Assembly: GCA_963663475.2 (NCBI GenBank)
Contig: CAXXJV010000001.1
Location: forward strand, 1,280,001 to 1,344,000
DNA: 64,000 nt
Direction: 5' to 3'
From: Candidatus Cloacimonadales bacterium
GTDB taxonomy: Bacteria > Cloacimonadota > Cloacimonadia > Cloacimonadales > JAFGVF01
Part shown: positions 38,739 through 47,643 of the stretch, one piece after another
How the letters are laid out: each line of letters begins with the position of its first letter
How positions within the stretch are numbered: position 1 is the first letter of the stretch
Notes under the pieces: generated by a model
Seen by the model: the letters and a program-made list of their open reading frames with translations, nothing else
What the model was told of the DNA's origin: nothing
Databases searched by the model: none
Made by a program: the position numbers and the translations under genes

Positions 38739-39125
38739 CTATTGCTCCTTGTTAACAGAAGGTTCTATGAAATAACCATATTTATTGTTAAATTTTTGGG
38801 ATGGTAAAGCTAATAAATATAAAACATAAATTGCTCCTATATAGGGTATAATCACTAATAATAGATACCAATCTCTTCTTCCGGTATCATGTAATCTCCT
38901 TATTGTAATACTTAATGTTGGTAGTGCGGTAGCTAGATTGTATGTAATTAATAAAAGAAGTCCAAAGTGCGTGAGTTCATCATGCCCAATAAACACAAAG
39001 CTTGTCATGAAAATAATAAAAAGGTTAAATATAAAATTAATCAACATAAAATACCAATACTCTTCTCTTGAGGATCTATCGTTTAGCCTAAAATACTTCC
39101 TAAATGCCATAAAATAATATTTCAT
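38739..39125 (-). CDS. DUF805 (YhaH-like) inner membrane protein
   Basis: RSSREEYWYF, LSITIRRLHDTGR, NKYG; start MKYY at 39125 with AGGAG. Confidence 0.88.
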   Translation of the reverse strand: MKYYFMAFRKYFRLNDRSSREEYWYFMLINFIFNLFIIFMTSFVFIGHDELTHFGLLLLITYNLATALPTLSITIRRLHDTGRRDWYLLLVIIPYIGAIYVLYLLALPSQKFNNKYGYFIEPSVNKEQ

Positions 39126-39236
39126 AATATCTCCTTTTTTTTGTAGCCTATACCTAATCAACCACACCAAATAACTAAATTATCTCATTTATAATTATAG
39201 ATAATTTTATGTCAATCAAAATTAACTTAAAAGATT

Positions 39237-39710
39237 ATTCAAGTTCTAGTTTATGAAAGGATATTGTTATAGTAGAGTCTGATACTATTGTTAACATATG
39301 GAAATCATTTGGCTCTCTCAAGTAGAGTAGGTGTTACATCGAGTAATCTATGACATCATATTTATTATAATCTTCTAGTAACTTGAATTTCAGAAATTTT
39401 AACAAACTTATTAATTTGTCCGATAATCAATAATTGGTCAATATCATTTATTGTTAAAGACATAAAACATTGAAATATAAGAGTTTTCTTAAGACCTTCG
39501 CTTATGTATTCTGTTAATGTCTCGATAAAATTTCAGTGATTTATTGAGAGCCTTCCAAGTATGATATGGGCTTGATACTAAAAGTTACAAGATATCATTG
39601 TAATATTTTAGGGATAGAAAACTTATTAGTTAACACTCTAATATAACTGTTCTCTTTCATAAACCCACCCTACTTAAAAGAGAACCTTATTATTTTCAAC
39701 AGACTTGAAT
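39237..39710. mobile_element. Degenerate ~470-bp non-coding element with nested inverted repeats (possible old MITE)
   Basis: ATTCAAGT/ACTTGAAT ends resemble the MITE-B repeat core; GTTTATGAAAG (39249) / CTTTCATAAAC (39654) plus further imperfect symmetry; no ORF. Confidence 0.4.
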
Positions 39711-39838
39711 TATAGCCTTAAGCATTTACTTCAAAATTTTCACTCTTTATTGATAAAAGACAAGGCAAATAGTCATTTTAATATAATACTTGACAACTCT
39801 AATAGTCAGTTTATCTTTTGTTTCATTAAGTAAAGGGA

Positions 39839-41062
39839 GTGAAAATGAATAATATACTAAATGAGCTATTTGCAATTCAAAACAGGGTCTCGACATTTGT
39901 ACCAAAAGAGTTCAAACGATATCTCACGATTGATTGGAGCAAGAGACTCATAATCATCACAGGTGCAAGAGGGACAGGGAAAACAACCTTGGTACTACAG
40001 CATTATCTTGAGAGCTACGCATCAACAACTGAATGCTTATATTTCTCTGTTGATAATCCTCTGGTAGCGCAAAGTGGTATATTCAATATAGGAAAAGATT
40101 TCTTCACTATGTATGGTAACACGATTATAATTGATGAAGTTCATAAGCAAAAAGATTGGTCACTTGATGTTAAAGCACTATACGATTCATTCCCTGATAA
40201 AAAGATTATTATATTAGGTAGTTCAAAATTAAATATTACTAATCAAAAAGGTGATCTGTCTCGACGAGCTTTACTTTATAATTTAAAAGGTCTATCTTTT
40301 AGAGAATTCATTGAATTGAAGTATAATCTCAAAACTCAAGCTTATTCCCTGCAAGATATTCTGATAAATCATATTGAGATAGGCTCAAAAATACTTGGCG
40401 ATATTCCGCAAATTAAAAAATACTTTTTTGAGTATAAACAATTTGGTTTTTACCCTTTTTTCAATGAATATTCAGAGCATGAATATCAACAAGTCTTGCA
40501 AAGTGTGATTGATAAAATCATTTATGAAGATATCCCTAGTTTGAAAGATATTAAAGGTTCTTCTTCTTATGTATTTAAAAAATTACTTGCTTATTTGGCA
40601 ATGTCTAAGATTCCTACAATTAAAGTTTCAAGTATCTGTAATGAGCTTGATATTACTAAAGAAACACTTTATACTTATTTAGATTTGCTTGATAGAGCTG
40701 AAGTAATCAATATTATTCGCAGAGAAAAAGCTACAGTTAGATCTCTCCAGAAATCAAAGATAATGCTTTCTAACCCTAACTTATATTATTCAATCAGTAA
40801 TGAAATGTGGCAACATAACACAGATTTGGGAAATATAAGAGAATCATTTTTTGTTTCCCAAATTGAGAACAGGATTTCAGCTTCAGAGATTGTTGATTAT
40901 ACTATTCAATTAGATAATGTTAAGATAGAAGTTGAGATTGGAGGAAAGAATAAAACAAGGAAACAGATTGAGACTCTTGAGAATGGATATGTTTTTAAAG
41001 ATGATATCGAAATTGGATATGAAAATATTATACCTCTTTATCTGGTAGGGTTTTTATACTAG
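39839..41062 (+). CDS. AAA_14 ATPase with DUF4143-like C-terminal domain
   Basis: GARGTGKTT Walker A, IIDEVHK Walker B, LGSS, DLSRR, GLSFREF, GNIRESFF, EIGGKNK. Confidence 0.85.
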   Translation: MKMNNILNELFAIQNRVSTFVPKEFKRYLTIDWSKRLIIITGARGTGKTTLVLQHYLESYASTTECLYFSVDNPLVAQSGIFNIGKDFFTMYGNTIIIDEVHKQKDWSLDVKALYDSFPDKKIIILGSSKLNITNQKGDLSRRALLYNLKGLSFREFIELKYNLKTQAYSLQDILINHIEIGSKILGDIPQIKKYFFEYKQFGFYPFFNEYSEHEYQQVLQSVIDKIIYEDIPSLKDIKGSSSYVFKKLLAYLAMSKIPTIKVSSICNELDITKETLYTYLDLLDRAEVINIIRREKATVRSLQKSKIMLSNPNLYYSISNEMWQHNTDLGNIRESFFVSQIENRISASEIVDYTIQLDNVKIEVEIGGKNKTRKQIETLENGYVFKDDIEIGYENIIPLYLVGFLY

Positions 41063-41075
41063 AATTAATCCAAGA

Positions 41076-41126
41076 TAATCCCAATAATGCAGGATTACTA
41101 AAGTTCTACTACAATATCTGGGATAA
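41076..41126 (+). mobile_element. Minimal MITE-A
   Basis: TAATCCCAATAATGCAG ... TTCTACTACAATATCTGGGATAA. Confidence 0.6.
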
Positions 41127-41174
41127 TGGCCAAGACCTACACAAATAGACTAGCAAGTAAAAAACTCCAAAAAT

Positions 41175-41205
41175 AAAAAAAGGCACTGAAATTCCAGTGC
41201 CTTTT
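41175..41205 (-). terminator. Intrinsic (possibly bidirectional) terminator
   Basis: AAAAGGCACTG / CAGTGCCTTTT stem between convergent genes. Confidence 0.7.
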
Positions 41206-41228
41206 CATTTTATTTGAATCAATGAATA

Positions 41229-41975
41229 TTATTTGTACTCTACATTATATTTATTTTTAAGTTCTTCAACTTTAGCTACATAAACTTCTCTCTGTTTGAT
41301 AGTCATAAGTTCATTAGTAATAGTTTGTTTTACTTGATCTAATGTGACATCTTGAGCAGGAGTTTTAGCATCTAATTTGATAATATGATAGCCAAATTGA
41401 GTTTTAACTGGTTGAGAAATTTCACCAACTTCCATCTTGAAAGCAGCTTCTTCAAATTCAGGAACCATTCTACCACGTGAGAAAGAACCTAAAGAACCAC
41501 CTTGCTCTTTGGAAGGACATGATGAGTTTTCTTTAGCTGCTGTAGCGAAATCTAAACCATCATTCATGATCTTATTGTAGATTTCTTGGCAAGCTTCTTC
41601 ATTATCTACTAAAATATGGCTAGCAGAAACTTCTTCAGCTTTAGCATATTTAGCTTTATTAGCTTGGAAGTGTGCTTCAAGATCTGCATCACTAACTTTA
41701 GCAGTTAATAATAAATTATTAATATTTATTTGGGTTAAAACAGTTTCTTTTAATCTTTCTAACTCTTTCTTGAAAACTTCAGTTTCTTCTATTTTATTAT
41801 CTATTGCGTCAGCTAGAAGTAGTTTTTGATTAACTAACTCATTAAGAATTTGAGCCTTGCCTTCTTCATTATTAAATTGAGCTGCTCTTTGTTGTCCTAA
41901 CTGTTGTAGAAAAATTTCTACATCTTGAGTTGTAATATCTTTACCTTCTACACTTGCTAATACTTTGTTTTCCAT
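41229..41975 (-). CDS. PpiC/parvulin-type peptidyl-prolyl isomerase (PrsA-like, no signal peptide)
   Basis: ASHILV, SSCPSKEQGGSLG.F.RG.MVPEFE.AAF, PVKTQFGYHII. Confidence 0.9.
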   Translation of the reverse strand: MENKVLASVEGKDITTQDVEIFLQQLGQQRAAQFNNEEGKAQILNELVNQKLLLADAIDNKIEETEVFKKELERLKETVLTQININNLLLTAKVSDADLEAHFQANKAKYAKAEEVSASHILVDNEEACQEIYNKIMNDGLDFATAAKENSSCPSKEQGGSLGSFSRGRMVPEFEEAAFKMEVGEISQPVKTQFGYHIIKLDAKTPAQDVTLDQVKQTITNELMTIKQREVYVAKVEELKNKYNVEYK

Positions 41976-42164
41976 TTTATCTCCTTTTTGATTCTTTGGG
42001 TAAGAAATATTTTCTTGGCTTATATGTCAAATGATTTCCTAAATAAAGATTTAGTAAAATTTTATCTTTAGGACATTTATCCTCTTTATTAGCAATTTTG
42101 CAGAAGAATATAGGCCTATTCAATAAAATCCTAAAGTACTACTTGGGTTAAATATTACGTAAAT

Positions 42165-42187
42165 AAAAAAACCTGCTTTCGCAGGCT
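42165..42187 (-). terminator. tRNA operon terminator
   Basis: Minus strand CCTGC-GAAA-GCAGG followed by a T run. Confidence 0.7.
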
Positions 42188-42193
42188 GAAAAT

Positions 42194-42268
42194 TGGCGAC
42201 CCCTAGGGGAATCGAACCCCTGTTGCAAGAATGAAAATCTTGAGTCCTAACCACTAGACGAAGGGGTC
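42194..42268 (-). tRNA. tRNA-Glu (TTC)
   Basis: GACCCCTTCG...CAAGA-TT-TTC-AT-TCTTG...GTTCGATTC...GGGGTCGCCA cloverleaf. Confidence 0.96.
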
Positions 42269-42302
42269 AGTATATATTATTTGTAAATACTGACAGGTTA
42301 TG

Positions 42303-42378
42303 TGGCATCTCCAAGGGGAATTGAACCCCTGTTGCTGGAATGAGAATCCAGAGTCCTAGGCCACTAGACGATGGAGAC
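42303..42378 (-). tRNA. tRNA-Glu (CTC)
   Basis: GTCTCCATCG...CTGGA-TT-CTC-AT-TCCAG...GTTCAATTC...TGGAGATGCCA. Confidence 0.95.
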
Positions 42379-42391
42379 TGATTAATTTTAT

Positions 42392-42466
42392 TGGCGACCC
42401 CTAGGGGAATCGAACCCCTGTTGCAAGAATGAAAATCTTGAGTCCTAACCACTAGACGAAGGGGTC
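42392..42466 (-). tRNA. tRNA-Glu (TTC), identical to 42194-42268
   Basis: Same 75-nt sequence. Confidence 0.96.
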
Positions 42467-42473
42467 AACAGGA

Positions 42474-42548
42474 TGGTGATCCAGGATGGGCTCGAACCAT
42501 CGACTCTCTGCTTAAAAGGCAGATACTCTACCACTGAGTTACTGGACC
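42474..42548 (-). tRNA. tRNA-Lys (TTT)
   Basis: GGTCCAGTAACTCAG...TCTGC-CT-TTT-AA-GCAGA...GTTCGAGC...CTGGATCACCA. Confidence 0.96.
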
Positions 42549-42683
42549 ACAAGTCACACTGAAAATCAATGTATTGCTAAAATCTTTAAATACCATTTTT
42601 CTGTCAAGAATAATTTTTAAATTATTTATTTTAGAAAAGCAATAAGTCTAGAATTTTACTAGTTTTTACAATTTAGCGACCAG

Positions 42684-43877
42684 CTACAATCTTTCTTCAA
42701 GATCAGCTAAAGCATTAATAAAGTAGATGTAAGCCTGATCTGGTGAATCGTAAGGGGAGAAGTATTTATGAACATCTCCATCGTTAAAGTATTTAGTACA
42801 CATGTAGTAAAAATGGTCTGAGGTAGTAAGCTTTCTAGCAATTTCTACTAATTCAGGATCCCCTTTAGCTAAAACACGTTCAAAGAGTTCGTATAAAGTA
42901 TCAATAGCATTATTTTGCATATCATTTTCTAGCCAAGCAGAAAGATCTCTTTCTTCATCAGCCCAGGACACAGCTTGTGGAAAGGCTAATGGTTCTTGCT
43001 GGTAGTTGGCTAATTTACTTGTTTCTTTTGGATTAGCAAAGCCTAGATGCTGGTACTTTAAAACTTCTTCAGGTAATTGTTCCATGAAATCGAAAATACC
43101 TGTTTCAGCCCATTGATGCTCACCAAAGGTCTCATAGTCCATAAACAAATTAAGGAACTGATTCTTGTTATTATCATTTTTCCAAGTTAGCTGATCAATC
43201 CATTTGATAAACTTCTCAGTAGTTAAGGGGTATTGAGACCAATTTTTGTCTGAGAATCTAAAAGCAATATCATCAGAAAGCTGGTATGACTTAAGCAATA
43301 AATTCATTGTTCTAGCATAGTTTTTATAGGCATAGAGAGGGGTTCTCCATTTAAGTACTCGTCTAACTCCTTCTGTGATAATAGTATTAAACTGGCCTGT
43401 ATCAAAGACAAGGTCGGAAACTCTATCTTGATAAATAAGCTCTGTGTTTCTGAAAGTTGTAGGTTTTTGACCAAACTCTTGTATCATTAAATTAGTATGT
43501 TTTTCAACTTGAGCTAAAAACTCATCTTTATTATAGAGGAAGGAGAGAGAGTGATAATAGGTCTCTCCTAGAAATTCTACACAACCAGTGTCTGCTAATT
43601 CTTTAAAAGAATCTAAGACTTCTGGATAATATTCTTTAAACTGGTCAATAGTAATTCCAGAAATAGAATAAGCAATTTTGAATTTGCCTTGATATTTCTT
43701 TATAAGTTTTAACATTAACTTATTAGTTGGTAAATAACATTTATCAGCTACTTTACGCATAACTTCTCGGTTTAATCTATCATCGAAATAGGATTCATCA
43801 GATCCAATATCCATAACATTCAAGTGTCTCAGCCTATATGGTTGATGCACCTGAAAATAGAAAACAATATTAAGCAT
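42684..43877 (-). CDS. GH57 family alpha-amylase/glycoside hydrolase
   Basis: FQVHQPYRL, ETYYHSL, FRNTELIY, FMDYETFGEHQ, SWADEERDLSAWL, TSDHFYYM. Confidence 0.92.
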   Translation of the reverse strand: MLNIVFYFQVHQPYRLRHLNVMDIGSDESYFDDRLNREVMRKVADKCYLPTNKLMLKLIKKYQGKFKIAYSISGITIDQFKEYYPEVLDSFKELADTGCVEFLGETYYHSLSFLYNKDEFLAQVEKHTNLMIQEFGQKPTTFRNTELIYQDRVSDLVFDTGQFNTIITEGVRRVLKWRTPLYAYKNYARTMNLLLKSYQLSDDIAFRFSDKNWSQYPLTTEKFIKWIDQLTWKNDNNKNQFLNLFMDYETFGEHQWAETGIFDFMEQLPEEVLKYQHLGFANPKETSKLANYQQEPLAFPQAVSWADEERDLSAWLENDMQNNAIDTLYELFERVLAKGDPELVEIARKLTTSDHFYYMCTKYFNDGDVHKYFSPYDSPDQAYIYFINALADLEERL

Positions 43878-45219
43878 CTATTTCTCCTTGCTTGGTTTCT
43901 AGCATCTCTTGATATACTTTTTTTACTTTTTCAGCAGACTTATCCCACTGTATAGCTTTAACTTCTTGTGCACCAGCTAGGCCCATCTCTCTACATTCAT
44001 CAGGATGTTCAATTAAATAAATTAATGTCTTAGCCATTTCATCTACATTCCAGAAATCTATTTTATAAGCATTATTAACTACTTCAGATACTCCAGATTG
44101 CTTAGATATGATAGAAGTAATTCCATAAGCCATAGCCTCTAAAGGGGCTATCCCAAAAGGTTCTGATACTGAAGGTAGCATATAGATGTCTGAAACTTGT
44201 AATACTCTTTCCACTTGTTTTCTGTTTAAAAAACCTGTAAAAAGAAAACGGTTTTTCAGCTTCATAGAAGCTGATGATCTAAGAATCTTTCTCGCCATAT
44301 CACCTGTTCCAGCCATAATAAATCGTACTTGTGGATACTTCTTGAGAACTTTTTCAGCTACTGAAAGAAAATAGTCAGGTCCTTTCTGAACTGTAATTCT
44401 CCCTAAGAAGAGAACAGTTGGTCCTTTGAACATTCTTTCTTTATTAAAATTATTATCTTTTTCAAAAGAGAAAGCATTATGAACAATATTTACCTTTCCA
44501 GTATCAATTTGATAACGGGAGATAATCATCTGGGCAGTGTATTTTGAGACTGCTATTACTTGGTCAGCATAAAGCATACCAGAGTATTCAATCTTATGTA
44601 TCCTATCATCCCCAGGTCCACCTGCTCGATCAAATTCAGTAGCATGGATATGAGCAATCATAGCTTTGCCACTTACCTTTTTAACTATCATTCCAGCAGG
44701 ATAACACAGCCAATCATTGGCATGAATAATATCAAAATCAAGCATTTCTGCTAGTTTCTCAGCCCTAAAGGCCATTTCTTGAACTTTCTTAAAAATATCT
44801 TCATCACCTTGTAAGTTGATAACAATGTTATCGAAAATACTCTTCTCACTACGATGCTCAATCTCCTCAGTCTTAAAACTTGTTATCAGATTAGTAAATT
44901 CTTTTACTAAAGCAGGTGTGTAGTAAGTCTCAGGTATATGAGTAACCCCTAAATATTCCATCTTCTCTTCAATTGTTTTAAACTCTTTTCTTATATACTC
45001 TTCTTTTCTAGGTTGATAGTTTTCATCAAGTATAACAAAAGGTAAAGTGTCTGCATCTTCTTCTTTTCTTAATGGAAAATAAACAAATTCTTTTGTGGGT
45101 AAAAAGAGGTCAATCTCTACACCAGCTTTAAGAAGTGATTTAACTAATCCATAAGAAGCCATAGCAAGTCCACCTGCAATCATAGGTGGGAACTCCCAAG
45201 TTAACATAAGGACTTTCAT
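43870..45219 (-). CDS. GT4-family glycosyltransferase (glycogen synthase-like)
   Basis: WEFPP..AGGL, IIHANDW, HATEFDR, GRITVQKG, PSVSEPFGIAPLEA. Confidence 0.9.
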   Translation of the reverse strand: MKVLMLTWEFPPMIAGGLAMASYGLVKSLLKAGVEIDLFLPTKEFVYFPLRKEEDADTLPFVILDENYQPRKEEYIRKEFKTIEEKMEYLGVTHIPETYYTPALVKEFTNLITSFKTEEIEHRSEKSIFDNIVINLQGDEDIFKKVQEMAFRAEKLAEMLDFDIIHANDWLCYPAGMIVKKVSGKAMIAHIHATEFDRAGGPGDDRIHKIEYSGMLYADQVIAVSKYTAQMIISRYQIDTGKVNIVHNAFSFEKDNNFNKERMFKGPTVLFLGRITVQKGPDYFLSVAEKVLKKYPQVRFIMAGTGDMARKILRSSASMKLKNRFLFTGFLNRKQVERVLQVSDIYMLPSVSEPFGIAPLEAMAYGITSIISKQSGVSEVVNNAYKIDFWNVDEMAKTLIYLIEHPDECREMGLAGAQEVKAIQWDKSAEKVKKVYQEMLETKQGEIDA

Positions 45220-45222
45220 AAT

Positions 45223-47256
45223 TTATTCCTTGTTTTCCTTTAACTTCTCAATTATCTTTTCAATATCATATACTGCTGCTACACTCCAAGCTTCAGCAGG
45301 AGCTCCTTTAGGAAAATGGGGCTTCCCTCCATCCCAAATAGAAGCTATTGAAGCAATATATCCGTGTTTATACTCATGTCTAAATTGCTTAATGATTGAT
45401 TCTAATCCTTCTATTAACTCTTTCTTATTAATCTTATTCTTGAAAAGTCTGAGATAAAGAGAAGTATAAGGCCAGAGTAACCAGGCCCAAACAGTTCCCT
45501 GATGATAAGCCTTATCACGATCTAATATAGTTCCGTAATAAGTTCGCTTAAATTTATGATGATTAGGACTAAGTGTTCTTAATCCATAAGGTGTTAATAA
45601 CTCGTTAGTAGCTCTTTCATAGATAAGCTTAAGTTGTTCTTCTGATAATGGTGCATACTTAAGTCCTGCCGCTATTACTGCATTTGGTCTAAATTCATCA
45701 ATTGGAATATTATTAGTAATTCTATCACAAAGAGAATTATTATGCCAAAACTTTTGTAAAGATTTTGCTAATTTCTCAGTATAAGAAGCTACATCGTATT
45801 TTGCTTGATAGTTTTTCTTAGTTAGAGTATTATATTTTTCAATCATCTCTTGATAACTTTTGTGAGCCTCATACCAAAGGAAATTTATTTCAACTGGTGC
45901 TCCATCACGAGGAGTAACTGCCTTACCCTCTATTTTTACATCCATCCAGGTAACCCCAGCAAAATCTTCTTTGATGTTGATTAAGTTATCTTGGTCAAGA
46001 TAGAACATCCTTCTATCTTCAGTTAAATAACTCAATAGAATATTCTCAGTTATTGATATTAACTTTTCCCACATTTCTTTGGACTTTCTCAAGGAAGCTA
46101 ATTTCCTTAATAAAATTATGTAATAAAGACTTGTATCTACTGAATCATAATTACCTTCACTACCTGTCTCTGGGAACATATTAGGAATAAGACCCGCTTT
46201 AATATGGTCATTAAATCTTAAAATTATCTTTTCTGCTTTATCTACCATGTCAGCTTGCTTAATCATGGCACTTAAGACTAATACTGAATCCCTACCCCAA
46301 GCTCCAAACCAAGGATAACCAGCTATAATATCATTATCTGTTATAAAATCCTTTAAACTAAATTCTAATATTTTCATATATTCAGCATGGGTATAAAGAT
46401 ATTGGTCGTTAAAATCAAGATCCATTAAATCAAAGTTACGGTAATTATCAGGATAATCTCTAGGCATGGGAAGGTCTGAATAACGGTCATTAATTCTGCT
46501 AATTGTAACTTGATGTTCCTCAATAGGAGAATCAGAAAATAAAAGTGTTACTTCTTGATTCTTTTCTAAATCAAAACGTATGCTAAATGGGGAAACTAAG
46601 TCTTCATTACAATCATAACCTAACATTGATTCCCAAGGATAAAAGACCTTCTTGTATTCCATATACTCTTGTCTAATTTTCCCTAAATTTGTCAGGCAAT
46701 ACAGACTAAGGTTATTGGAAAGCCTATTTACCATTCCCCCAAAGAAGTTATTACCTTGAGCTGTTGAAATAGCAAAATCATTCTCATTCAAAGAACCAGG
46801 TTGATTAAGATAGTGGTGACTTACCATATCTACCTTAGGTCGTAATTTCATATGAATAAGATGCTTACTTAGATTCTTATAGCTAATCATTACCGTATTA
46901 GTCTCATAATCCATTTTTATCTCTTTTCGAATTAAAATATCATTGTTATGGGGAAGTGATGAATAGAGAAATACAGGGTAAGGACGTAGCCATGATTTAA
47001 CTAAATGTAAGAAACCCTCTGGATAAATACAGTTTTCGTAGTTACAGGAATCAAGGTAGAGTTTTTCTCCCCTCCATTCGATTTGCTCTTCAATTGATGT
47101 TAGTAAAGAAGCTCGATTTAGCTTTTTATCGGATGCTGTAAGTAGTCCATGATACTTACGTTGGTTAATCAAGTTTCCTGTTCCTAAGGCATAAGAACCA
47201 TACTTATTAGTCAATATCCACTCATGATGTTGAGTTTCAAGAAAATAATCAGACAT
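45223..47256 (-). CDS. Glycogen debranching enzyme (amylo-alpha-1,6-glucosidase)
   Basis: EWILTN..GSY, RKYHGLL, IAGYPWF..WGRD, GLIPN, TWMD, YGLRTL, YHQGTVWAWL; start MSDY at 47256. Confidence 0.9.
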   Translation of the reverse strand: MSDYFLETQHHEWILTNKYGSYALGTGNLINQRKYHGLLTASDKKLNRASLLTSIEEQIEWRGEKLYLDSCNYENCIYPEGFLHLVKSWLRPYPVFLYSSLPHNNDILIRKEIKMDYETNTVMISYKNLSKHLIHMKLRPKVDMVSHHYLNQPGSLNENDFAISTAQGNNFFGGMVNRLSNNLSLYCLTNLGKIRQEYMEYKKVFYPWESMLGYDCNEDLVSPFSIRFDLEKNQEVTLLFSDSPIEEHQVTISRINDRYSDLPMPRDYPDNYRNFDLMDLDFNDQYLYTHAEYMKILEFSLKDFITDNDIIAGYPWFGAWGRDSVLVLSAMIKQADMVDKAEKIILRFNDHIKAGLIPNMFPETGSEGNYDSVDTSLYYIILLRKLASLRKSKEMWEKLISITENILLSYLTEDRRMFYLDQDNLINIKEDFAGVTWMDVKIEGKAVTPRDGAPVEINFLWYEAHKSYQEMIEKYNTLTKKNYQAKYDVASYTEKLAKSLQKFWHNNSLCDRITNNIPIDEFRPNAVIAAGLKYAPLSEEQLKLIYERATNELLTPYGLRTLSPNHHKFKRTYYGTILDRDKAYHQGTVWAWLLWPYTSLYLRLFKNKINKKELIEGLESIIKQFRHEYKHGYIASIASIWDGGKPHFPKGAPAEAWSVAAVYDIEKIIEKLKENKE

Positions 47257-47451
47257 TTTTTTCTCCTTTCTCAAAATGCTTTATTTTATTATTATAGTTT
47301 TAGGACATTATTAGTCAAGAGATTTAAGAAAAATTTATTATTACTAGCTTTTAGCATAATCAAATTACAAATATTAATAGCAATCTGTAAAGTAAATACA
47401 AGCCAATAATGTCAAAAAACTTGCCAAAATTAAAAACATATAAATAATTGG

Positions 47452-47621
47452 TTAAAGCCAAATAGTGGAGTAGGTTTTTGTGATTAACAGAATATTCCTC
47501 TGCAAAAGTAAGCTACATAATTTTCATTAATATATATATTATATGTTTCCAAATTCTGTAACTTATTTTGCTAGAAGTACCTGCAATCTTCCCTAAAATC
47601 CTACTAGACTACTTGTGATAA
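47452..47621 (+). mobile_element. MITE-A copy in the 5' region of the acyl-CoA synthetase gene
   Basis: TTAAAGCCAAATAGTGGAGTAG ... CTACTAGACTACTTGTGATAA; core CTGCAAAAGTAAGCTACATAATTTT shared with 5982-6152. Confidence 0.75.
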
Positions 47622-47643
47622 AATCTAAATAAGAGAGATAATT

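Noticed and set aside
36183-39170. Integron cassette array
   Set aside because: Mixed gene orientation, no repeated attC-like RYYYAAC...GTTRRRY structures and no intI.
42267-42452. 61-aa ORF
   Set aside because: Overlaps tRNA genes.
41076-42548. Prophage or integrative element attached at the tRNA cluster
   Set aside because: No integrase, no phage genes and no duplicated tRNA 3' end elsewhere in the window.
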